Origin: the human T2T-CHM13v2.0 reference genome, Homo sapiens
DNA length: 64,000 bases
Reading direction: 5' to 3' (one strand)
Assembly (NCBI RefSeq): GCF_009914755.1
Contig: NC_060935.1
Shown: positions 11,601 to 23,500 of the stretch, one piece after another
Numbering within the stretch: position 1 is the stretch's first letter
Layout of the letters: each line of letters begins with the position of its first letter
Position numbers and translations under genes: made by a program
Notes under the pieces: generated by a model
Seen by the model: the letters and a program-made list of their open reading frames with translations, nothing else
The model's database searches: none
What the model was told of the DNA's origin: nothing

Positions 11601-14593
11601 CAGATAAAAACTAGAAGGAAGCTATCTGTGAAACTGCTAGGTGATGTGTGGATTCATGTCACAGAGTTAAAACTTCCTTTTGACTCAGCAGTTTGGAAAT
11701 ATTTTTTTGTAGAATCTGTGAAGGGACATTTTGGAGTCCATTGATGCCTGTGGGAAAAAATCAAATATCCCCAGATAGAAACTTGAATGAAGCTATCTGT
11801 GAAACTGATTTGTGATGTGTGGATTCATCTAACAGAGTTAAAACTTCCCTTTGATTCACAGGTTGAAAACACTCTCTTTGTAGAATCTGCAAAGGAACAT
11901 TTCGGAGCCCATTGAAGCATTAAGAATAATCCGAATATCCTGAGATAAAAACTAGAAAGGAGCTATCTGTGAAACTGCTTGGTGATGTATAGATTCAACC
12001 CAATAGTTAAGCCTTTCTTTTTATTCAGCAGGTGGTAAGCACTGTTTTTGTAGTATCTTCAAAGGGACATTTGGGAGCACAATGATGCCTATGGGGAATA
12101 ACTGAATATCCCAAAATAAAAATTAAAAAGAAGCTATCTGTGAAACTGTTGGATGATGTGTGGATTCATCTCACAGAGTTAAACCTTTGTTTTGATTTAG
12201 CAGGTTGGAAACACTCTTTTAATAGAATCTGCAAAGGGCCATTTGGGAGCTTATTGAGGCCTATGGAGAGAAACTAATTATCCCCAGATAAAAATTGGAA
12301 AAATGTATCTGTGAAACTGCTTGGTGATATGTGGATTCACCTTATAGAGTTAAAACTTCCTTTTGATTCTGCATTTTGAAAACACTCTTTATGAAGAATA
12401 TGCAAAAGAATATTTGGTACCCCATTAAGGCCTATGGGTAAAAAAATGAATATCCCCAGATAAAAAATAGAAGCTATCTGTGAAACTGCTTGGTGATGTG
12501 TGGATTCATCTAACAGAGTTAAAACTTTGTCTTGATTCAGCAGGTTAGAAACACTCTTATTGAATCTGTGAAGGGACTTTTGGGAACCCATTGATGCTTA
12601 AGGGAAGAAAACGAATATCCTCAGATAAAAAGTAAAAAAAAAAAAATGCTATGTGAAACTGCCTGGTGATACGTGGATTCAACTCACAGAGGCAAACCTT
12701 TATTTTGATTCAGCAGGTTGGAAATACTATTTTTGTTGAAACTGTGAGGGATGTTTTTCAGCCCACTGAGGTCTGTGGAAAAAAACTGAATATGCCCAGA
12801 TAAAAACTAGAAAGAAGCTATCTGTGAAAATGCTTTGTAATGTGTGGATTCATCTTGCAGAGTTAAAACTTTCTGTTGATTCAGCAGGTTGGAAACAATC
12901 TTTTTGTAGAATCTGCAAAGGGACATTTTAATCCATTGAAACCTAAGGGGAAAAACTGAATATCCTCAGATAAAAACTAGAAAGAAGCTGTCTGTGAAAC
13001 TTCTTGGTTATGAGTGGATTCATGTAACAGAGTTAAACCTTCCTTTTGATTCAACAGGTTAACAACTATTTTTGAGGACTCTCTGAAGGGATATTTGGGA
13101 GCCCCTTGAGGCCTATGGTGAAAAACCAAATATCCCCAGATAAAAACTAGAAAAAACTATCTGTGAAACTGCTTTGTGATACGTGGATTCAACTCACAGG
13201 GTTACACCTTTCTTTTTATTCAGCAGGATGGAAACACCCTTTTTGTAGAATCTGCAAAGAAGCATTTGGGAGCCCACTGAGTCCTATGGGGAAAAACTGA
13301 ATATCCCCAAATTTAAACTAGAAAGAAGCTATGTTTGAAACTGCTTAATGATGTGTGGATTCATCTCACAGAGTTAAACCTTTCTATTGATTCAACAGAA
13401 GGAAACACTCCTTTGTAAAATCTGAGAAGTGACATTTGTGATCCCATTGAGACCTATGGGAAAAAAAACCAATATCCCCAGATAAAACCTTGAAAGAAGA
13501 TGCCGGTGAAGCTTCTTTGTGATGTGTGGATTCATCTCACAGAGTTAAAACTTTCTTTTGATTCAGCTGTTTGGAAATACTCTTTTTGTAGAATCTGTGA
13601 AGGGACGTTTGAGAGACCTTTGGGGCTTATGTGAAAAAACAAATATCCTCAAATACAAACTAGAGAGAATAGATCTGTCTGTGAAACTGCTTTGTGATGC
13701 ATGGATTCATCTCATAGAGTTAAACCTCTCTTTTGATTCAGCAGGTTGGGAAGACTCTTTTTGGAGAATCTGCAAAGGGACATTTGGGAACCCATTGAGG
13801 CCTATAGGGAAAAACCCAATATCCCCAGATAAATACGGGAAAGAAGATGTCTGTGGAACTACTTTGTGATGTCTGGCTTCATCACACAGAGTTAAACCAT
13901 TTTTTTTAATTCAGCACTTTGGAAACAGTCTTTTTGTAGAGTTTGCAAAAGGACATTTTGGAGCCCATTGAGTTCAACGAGGAAAAACCAAATATCCACA
14001 AATGAAAACTAGAAAGAAGCTATCTGTGAAACTGCTTTGTGATGTGTGGATTTATCTCTTTGATTCTGCAGTTTGGAAACACTTTCTTTATAGAATCTGT
14101 GAAGGGACGTTTGTAATCCCCCTGAGGCCTAAGGGGAAAAACTGAATATCCCCAAATAAAAACTAGAAAGAAGTTATCTGTGAAACTGCTTAGTGATGTG
14201 TGGATTCGTCTCACAAAGTTAAACCTTTCTTTTGATTTGGCAGCTTGGAAATACTCTTTTTGTAGAATCTGCAAAGGGACATTTGCAATCCCATTAAGGC
14301 CTATGGGGAAAAAACAAATATCTACAGATAAAACCTTGAAATAAAGTGTCTGTGAGACTGCTTTGTGATTTGTGGATTCATTTTCCAGAGTTAAACGTTT
14401 CATTTGATTCAGCAGGATGGAAAAACTCCTTTTGTAAATTCCGAGAGGGGATATTTCAGAGCACATAGAGACCTATGTGGAAAAACAGAATCTCCCTAAA
14501 TAAAAGCTAGAATAAAACTATCTGTGAAACTGCTTGGTGATATGCAGATTCATCTCACAGAGTTAAAGGTTTCCTTTGATTCAACAGGTTGAA

Positions 14594-14817
14594 GACCCTC
14601 TTTTTTTTTTTGATAGAATCTCAGTCACCCAGGCTGGAGTGCAGTAGCGTGATCTCGGCTCACCGCAAGCTCCGCCTCCTGGGTTCACGCCATTCTCCTG
14701 CCTCAGCCTCTCCAAGTAGCTGGGACTACAGGCACCCACCACCATGCCTGGCTAATTTTTTGTATTTTTAGTAGAGACAGGGTTTCACCATGGTCTCAAT
14801 CTCCTGACCCTCTTTTT
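14594..14817 (-). mobile_element. 5'-truncated AluY-family element with a 12-bp left-arm deletion (Yc/Yd-like) inserted in alpha satellite
   Basis: AluY-diagnostic GCAAGCTCCGCCTCC.GGGTTCACGCCATTC. GGTTTCACCA^TGGTCTC lacks ~12 nt relative to AluY. TSD GACCCTCTTTTT at 14594-14605 and 14806-14817. Confidence 0.85.
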
Positions 14818-17800
14818 GTAGAAACTGTGTAGGGATACTTGGGATCCCATTAAGGTCTATGTAGTAAAACCTAACATCCCCAGATAAAAACTTAAAAGAA
14901 GGTATCTGTGAAACTGCTTTGTGATATGTGGATTCATCTCATGGAGTTACACCTCTTGTTCGATTCAGCAGGTTTGAAACACTCTTTTTGTAGAATCTGT
15001 GAAGGAACATTTGGGAGCCCATTGAGGCTGATGGGAAAGAACAGAATTTCCCCAGATATAAACTAGAAAGACGCTATCTGTGAAACTGCTTTGTGATGGG
15101 TAGATTCATCACACAGAGTTATACTTCTCTACTGATTCAGCACATTGGAAACACTCTATTTGTTGAATCTGCTACGGGATATTTTGAAGCCCATTGAGGC
15201 CTAAGGGGAATACAGAATATCCCCAGGTAAAAACTAGAAAAAAGGTATCTGTGAGTCTGCTTTGTGTAGTGTGGATTTGTCTCACAGAGTTAAGCCTTCC
15301 TTTTCATTCTGCTGGCTGGAACATTTTTTGTATAATTTGCAAAGTGACAGTTTGGGTTTTGAGGCCTATGGGGAAAAAACAAAAATCCCCAGATAAAACC
15401 TAAAAAGAAGTTATCAGTGATACTGCTTTGTCTTGTGTGTGGATTCATCTCATAGAGTTAAACCTTTGTTTTGATTTTGCAGGTTGGAAACACTCTTTTA
15501 ATAGAATCTGCAAAGGGGCATTTGGGAGCTTATTGAGGCCTATGGGGAGAAACCAATTACCCCCAGATAAAAATTGGATTTTTATGTGTGGATTCATCTC
15601 ATAGATGGATGTGTGGATTCTTCTCATAGATGTGTGGATTCATCTCATAGAGTTAAAATGTTCTTTTGATTCAGCAGGTTGGAAACACTGTTTTTGTTAA
15701 ATCTGCAAAAGTACATTTGGGAGCTCATTGAGGCCTATGGTGAAAAAGAAAATGCCTTCAAATGGAAACCTAAAGAAACTATATGAGAATCTGTTTTGTG
15801 AAGTGTGGATTCATGTCACAGAATTAAACCTTTCTTTTGATTCAGCACTTTGGAAACACTGTTTTTGTAGAATCTGTGAAACGACATTTGGAAGAACATT
15901 GAGACCTGTGGTGAAAAAGCATATAATTCCATTTAAAAACTGGAAAGAATGCTAACTGTGAAACTCCTTTGTGATGTGTGAGTGCATTTATCTCACAGAG
16001 TTAAACCTTCCTTTTGACTCAGCAGACTGGAAAATCTTTTTGTAGAATCTATGAACGGATATTTGGGAGCTCTCAGAGGCCGACTGTAAAAAACTGAATA
16101 TTCCCAGATAAAAACTAGAAAGAATCTCTCTCTGAAACTGCTTTGTGATGTGTGTATTCATCTCACAGAGTTAAACAGTTCTTTTGACTCAGCAGTTTGG
16201 AAACACTGTTTTTGTAGAATCTGTGAAATGACATATGGGAGCCCATTGAGGCCTACAGTGAAAAAACGAATATTTTTATATAAAAACTCGAAAGAAGCTA
16301 TCTTTGAAACTGCTTTGTGATGTGTGCCTTCATCTCACAGAGTTAAACCTTCCTTTTGATTCAGCAATTTGGAAACATTATTTTTCTACAATCCTAGAAA
16401 GGATATTTGGGAGCGCATGGAGGCCTATGGTGAAAAAGTAAATATCTTCAGTTAAAAACTGGAGGAAGCTCTCTGAGAAACTGCATTGTGATGCATAGAT
16501 TCATCTCACAGATTTAAACCTTTCTTTTGATTCAGCAGTTTGGGAACACTGTTTTTCTAGGATATTTGTAGGGACATTTGGGAGCACACTGAGGTCTATG
16601 GTGAAAAGTGAATATCTCCATATATAAACTAGAAAGAAGCCATCTGAGAAAATGCTTTGTGATGTGTGCATTCATCTCGCAGAGTTAAACCTTTCTTTTG
16701 ATTCAGCAGTTTGTAAACACTGTTTTTGTACAACCCTAGAAAGAACATTTAGGAGGGCATCGAGTCCTATGGTGAAAAACCGAATATCCCCAGATGAAAA
16801 GTAGAAAGAAGCTATTTGTGAAACTGCTTTGTGATGTGTGGATTCATCTCACAGAGTTGAACATTTCTTTTGATTCAATAGTTTGGAAGCAGAGTTTCTG
16901 TAGAAGCTTCAGAAAGATGAAGCAAATATCTTCAGATAAAACATGAAAGAAGCTATCTGAAAAACTGCTTTGTGATGTGTGCATTCACCTTACAAAATTA
17001 AACATTTTTTTGACCTTGCAGATCAGAAACACTTTTTTTATAGAATCTGTGAGGTGATATTTCGGAGCTCATAGAGGTCTATTGTAAAAAAGTGAATATT
17101 CCCAGATAAAAAACTAGAAAGTACCTCTCTCTGAAACTGCTTTGTGATTTGTGGATTCAACTCACAGAGTTAAACATTTCTTTTGTTTCAGCAGGTTGGA
17201 AAAACTGTTTTTGTAGAATCTGCAAAAGACATTTTGAAGTGGATTGAGGCCCATGGTGAAAAAGTGAATATTTCCAGATGAAAACTAGAAAGAAGCTATC
17301 TAAGAAACTGCTTTGTGATATGTGAATTCACCTCACAGGTTTGAACATATCTTTTGATTCAGCTGTTTCAAAGCAGAGTTTTTGTAGAATCTTCAAAAGG
17401 ACAAAGTAAATATCTTCAGATTAAGCATGATAGAAGCTATCTGAAAAACTGCTTCATGATGTGCACATTCATCTCACAGAATTAAACCTTTTTTTTTTGA
17501 CCTAGCAGATCAGAAACACTTTTTCTTGTAGAATCTGCAAGGTGATATTTGGGAGCTCATACAGGCCTATTGTAAAGAAGTTAATATTCCCAGATAAAAA
17601 ACTAGAAAGTACCTCTTTCTGAAACTGTTTGTGATTTGTGGATTCATCTCACAGAGTTAAACATTTCTTTTGATTCAGCAGGTTGGAAAAACTGTCTTGG
17701 TAGAATCTGCAAAAGACATGTTGAAGTGGATTGAGGCCCTTGGTGGAAAAGTGAATATTTCCAGGTGAAAATTAGAAAGAAGTTATCTGAGAGATGGCTT

Positions 17801-20421
17801 TGTGATATGTGCATTTATCCTACAGAGTTAAACCTTTCTTTTGATTTTGTAGTTTGGAAATGCAGTTTTTTGTATAATCTGTAAAAGGACATTTGGGAGT
17901 GCATTGAGGCCTATGGTGAAAAAGCAAATATCTTCAGATAAAAACTTGAAAGAAGCTAACTGAGAAACTGCTTTGTGATATGTGGATTCACCCCTCAGAG
18001 TTAAGCCTTTCTTTTGATTCAGCAGTTTAGAAAAACTGTTTTGGTAAAATCTGTGAAAGAACATTTGGTAGCAAATTGAGGCCTGTGGCAAATAAAAGAA
18101 TATCCCCAGTTAAAAATTAGAAAGAAGCTATCTGTTAAATGGCTTTGTGATGTGTGGATTCGTTTCAAAGAGTTAAACCATTCTTTTCATTCAGCAGTTT
18201 GAAAACACAGATTTTATAGGATCTGTGGAGGGACATTTGAGAGCTCATTGAGACCTATGGTAAAGAAGTGAATATCCCCAGATAAAAACTAGAAAGAAGC
18301 TCTCTGTGAAACTGCTTTGTGATGTTTGGATTCATCTCACAGAGTAAAACTTATCTTTCATTCTGTCTTTCAGATTCTGTGAAGGGACATTTGGGAGCTC
18401 ATTGAGGCCAAAGGTGAAAAATCAAATATTTTTAGATAAAAACTAGAAAGAAGCTATCTGATGAAAGGCTTTGTGATGGGTGCATTCATCTCACCGATGT
18501 AAACATTTCTTTTGATTCAGTACTATGGAACCCCTTTTTTGTAAAATTTGCATAAGGACATTAGCACATTGAGGGCCATGGTGAAAAAGCAAATATCTTC
18601 AGAAAAAAACTTGAAAGAAGCTATCTGAGAAACTGCTTTGTGATGTGTGGATTCACTTCACAGTGTTAAACCTTTCTTTTATTCAGCATTTTGGAAACAC
18701 TGGATTTGCACAATTTTAGATAGGGGATTTGGGAGTGAATTGAGGCCTATGGTGAAAAAGCAAATATCCCCAGATGAAAACTAGAAGAAAGCAATATGAG
18801 AAACAGCTTTGTGATCTGTGGATTCATCTTACAGAGTTCAGACTTTCTTTTGATTCAGCAGTTTCAAAAAATAGTTTTCATATAATCTGCAAAAGGACAT
18901 TTAAGAGCACTAAGAGGAATATGGTGAAAAAGCAAATATCTTCAAATACAAACTTGAAAGAAGATATTTGAAAAACTGCTTTGTGATGTGTGCATTCATC
19001 TCACAGAGTTAAACCTTTCTTTTGATTCAGCAGTTTGGAAACAATGTTTTGCAGAATCTGTGAAGAGACATTAGGGATCTCATTTTGGCCAGTGATGAAA
19101 GTGAATATTTCCAGAAAAAAATTAGAAAGAAACTGTCTCAGAAACTACTTTGTGATGTGTGCATTCATCTCATGGAGATAAAATTCTGTTTTGATTCAGC
19201 ACTTTGGAAACACTGTTTTTGTAGAATCGGCATAAGGACATTAGAGAACTCATTGAGGACTATGGTGAAGATGCAAATATCTTCATATAAAAACTGTAAA
19301 TAACCTATATGAGAAACTGCTTTGTGATGTTTGGATTTATCTCACCGAGTTTAACCTTTCTTTCAATTCAGCAGTTTGGAAACTCTGTTTTTGTAGAATA
19401 TGCGAAAGGACATTGGAGAGCTCATTGAGGCCTATAAAGAAACAGTGAATATCCAGAGAAAAACACTAGAAAGAAGCTATCTGAGAAGCTGCTTTGTGAT
19501 GTGTGGATTCTTCTCACAGAGTTAAACCTTTCCTTTTATTCAGTAGTTTGGAAACACCATTTTTATGGGAATATGTGAAGGGACATTTGGGAACTCATTG
19601 AAGCCTATGGTAAATAAGTGAATATCTCCAGATAAAAAGTAGAAAGAAGTTCTTTGTGAAACTGCTTTGTTAATTTTGGATGCATTTCACAGAGTTAAAC
19701 CTATATTTTGATTCAGCAGTTTGGAAAAACTGTTATTGTAGAATCTGCTAAAAGACATTTGGGAGTGCATTGATGCCTATGGTTAAAAGGTAAATATCTT
19801 AAGAAAAAAACTTGAAAGAACTATCTGAGAAACGGTTTTGTGTGGTGTGGATTCACCCCTCAGAGTTAAGCCTTTGTTTTGATTCAGCAGTTTGGAAACA
19901 CTGTTTTTGTAAAATCTGTGAAAGAACATTTGGGAGTGCATTGAGGCCTATGGTGAAAAAACAAATATCCCCCCAGGTAAAAATTAGAAAGAAACTATCT
20001 GTTAAACTGCTTTGTGATGTGTGGATTCATCTCACACTGTTTACCATTTCGTTTTATTCAGCTCTTTGGAAACACTGTTTTTATATCCTCTGTGACAGGA
20101 TATTTGGGAGTCTCATTGTGGCCTATGTTAAATAAGTGAATATCCCCAGATAAAAACTAGAAACAAGCTCTATGTAAAACTGCATTGTGATGTTTGGATT
20201 CATCTCACAGAGATAAGCCTATTTTTTGATTCAGCAGTTTGGAAACACTGTTTTTACAGAATCTGCAAAGACACATTTGGGAGCTCATTGAGGCCAAAGG
20301 TGAAAACGTGTGTATTTCCAGATAACAACTCAAAGGAAGCTATCTGAGAAACTGCTTTGTGATGTGTGCATTGACCTCAGGGAGTTAAAACTTTATTTTG
20401 ATTCAGCACTTTGAAAACACT

Positions 20422-20506
20422 TTGCAGTGAGCTGAGATTGTTCCATTGCCCTCCATCCTGGGTGACAGAGTGAGACACCATCTCAAAAAAAAAAAAGAAA
20501 AAAAAA
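20422..20506 (+). mobile_element. Short Alu 3'-end fragment with poly-A, in alpha satellite
   Basis: TTGCAGTGAGCTGAGATTG...CCTGGGTGACAGAGTGAGACACCATCTC followed by an A-tail; TSD degenerate. Confidence 0.85.
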
Positions 20507-23500
20507 CCAGTTTTTGTGGAATCTGTGTAAGGACATTATGGAATGCATTGAGCCCTATGGTGAAAAAGCAAATATGTTCAGATAAAAACTTGAAAGAAGT
20601 TATCTGAGAAGCTGCTTTGTGATGTGTACATTCATCTCAAAGAGTTAAAACTTTCTTTTGATTAGGCAGTTTGGAAACCCTGTTTTTGTAAAATCTGCAA
20701 AAGGACATTTCAGAGCACATTGAGGCCTATGGTGAAAAGGCAAATATCTTGAGATAAAAACTTGAAATAAGCTATCTGAGAAACTGCTTTGTGATGTATG
20801 CACTCATCTCACAGAGTTCAACCTTTCTTTTGATTCAGCAGTTTGGAAACACCGTTTTTATACAATCTGCAAAGGGACATTGGGAGCTCATTGAAGCCCA
20901 TGGTAAAGAAGTGAATATACTTGGACAAAAACTACAAAGAACCTCTCTGTGAAACTACTTTATAATGTTCAGATTCATGTCACAGAGTTAAACCTATCTT
21001 TTGATTCAGGAGTTTGAAAACACTGTATTTATAGAATCTTCAAAAAGACATTTGGGAGTGCGTTGAGACCTATCATGAAAAAGCAAACATCCTAAGATAA
21101 AAACTTGAAACAATCCATCTGAGAAGCTCCTTTGTGATGTGTGCATTCATCTTATAAAGTTAAACCTTTCTTTTTCATTCAGCAGTTTGGAAACACTGTT
21201 TTTGTAATATCTGCAGAAGCACATTTGGGAGCACATTGAGGCCTATTGTGAAAAACCAAATATTCCCAGATGAAAACTAGAAAGAAGCCATCTGAGAAAC
21301 TGCTTTGTGATGTGTGGATTCATCTCACAGAGTTAAATGTTTCTTTTCATTCAGCAGTTTGGAAACAATGGTTTTGTAGAATCTGCAAAACGAAATTTGG
21401 GAGCAAATTGAGGCCTATGGTGAAAAAGCAAATATCTTCATATAAAAACTTGAAAGAAGCTATCTGAAAAACTGCTTTGTGATGTGAGCATTCAACTCAC
21501 AGAGTTAAACCTTTCTTTTGATCCAGTAGTTTGTAAACTGTTTTTGCAGAATCTGTGAAGGGATATTTGGGAGATCATTGAGGACAATTGTGATAAAGTG
21601 AATATTTCCAGATAAAACCTAGAAAGAAGCTATCTGAGAAACTGCTTTGTGATGTGTGGATTCATCTCAAAGAGTTAAACCTTTCTTTTGATTCAGCAGT
21701 TTGGAAACACTGTTTTTGTAGAATCTGTGAATGAACATTTGGGAGTCAATTGAGGCCTACGGTGAAAAAGAAAATATCCCCAGACAAAAAAGAGAAACAA
21801 GCTATCCTTGGAAGTGCTTTGTTATGTGCACATTCATCTCACAGAGTTAAACCATTCTTTTGATTCAGCAATTTGGAAACGCTGTTTTTGTACAATCTTA
21901 GAAAGGAAATTTGGGAGCACATTGAGGACTATGGTGAAAAAGGGATTATTTCCATATAAAAACTAGAAAGAAGCTATTTGTGAAACTACTCTGTGATGCG
22001 TGTATTCATCTCATAGAGATAAAATTTTCTTTTAGTTCAGCAGTTTGGAAACATTGTTTTTGCAGAATCTGTGAAGGGATATTTGGGAGCTCATTGAGGC
22101 CAGTGGTGAAAAGTGAATATTTCCTTATAAAAACAAGAAAGAAGATATCTGAGAAACTGCTTTGTGATATGAGCATTCATCTCACAGAGTTAAACCTTGG
22201 TTTGCATTCAGGGCTTTGGAAACATGGTTTTTGTGGGATCAGCTTAAGGACATTAGGGAGCACACTGAGGCCTATGGTAAAAAAGAAAATATCTTCAGAT
22301 AAAACTTTAAAGAAGCTATCTGAGAAACTGCTTTGTGATGCATGCATTCATCTCACAGAAATAAGCTTTTCTTTTGATTCAGCAGTTTGGGAACACTGTT
22401 TTTGTAGAATCTGTGTAAGGACATTAGGGAGTACATTGAGGCCTATGGTGAAAAAGCAAATATCTTCAGAAAAAAACTAGGAAGAACCTATCTGAGAAAC
22501 TTCTTCATGATATGCGCATGCATCTCACAGAGTTAAACTTTTCTTTTGATTCAGCAGTTTGGAAACACTGTTTTTGTAGAATCTGCAAAAGAAAAATTTT
22601 GTAGCTCATTGAGGTCTATGGTGAAAAAGCAAATATCTTCTGATAAAGAGTGGAAAGAAGATATCTGAGAAACTGCTTGGTGATATATGCACTCATCTCA
22701 AAGAGTTAAACCTTTCCTTTGATTCAGCAGTTTGGAATCAAAATCAAATCAGTTCGTAAAAGGATGTTTGGGAGCGCATTGAGGCCTATGGTGAAAAAGT
22801 GAATATCCCCAGATAAAAACTAGAAAGAAGTTATCTGTGGAAGTGCTCTCTGATTTGTGCATTGATCAAACAGAATTAAAACTTTCTTTTTATTCAGCAG
22901 TTTGGAAAAACTTCTTGTACAATCATAGAAAGGACACTTAGGAGCACATTGAGGCATATACTGAAAAAGTGAATATTTCCATATGTAAACTAGAAAGAAG
23001 CTCTTTGAGAAACTGCATTGTGATGTGCACATTCATCTCATAAAATTAAATTTTTGTTTTGATTCATCACTTTGACAGCACCATTTTTGTAAAATCTGCA
23101 TAAGGACATTTTTAAGGGTTGAGTCCTCATGTGAAAAAGGAAATCTTTAATAATAACTTGAAAGAACCTATCTGAGAGACTGCTTTGTTATGGGTTGATT
23201 AATCTTACAGAGTTAAACCTTTCTTTTGATACAGTAGTTTGAAAACACTCTTTTTGTAGAATCTGTGAAAGGATATTTGGGAGTGCATTAAGGCCTATGG
23301 TTAAAAAGCAAATATTTCCATATAAAAACTAGAAAGAAGCTATATGTGAAACTGCTTTGTGATGTGTGTATTAATCTTACAGAGGTACACTTTTCTTTTG
23401 ATTTGACAGTTTAGAAACACTGTTTTTGTAGAATGTGTGAATTGACATTTGCTAACTCATTGAGGCCAATGGTGAAAAAGGGAATATTTCCAGATCAAAA

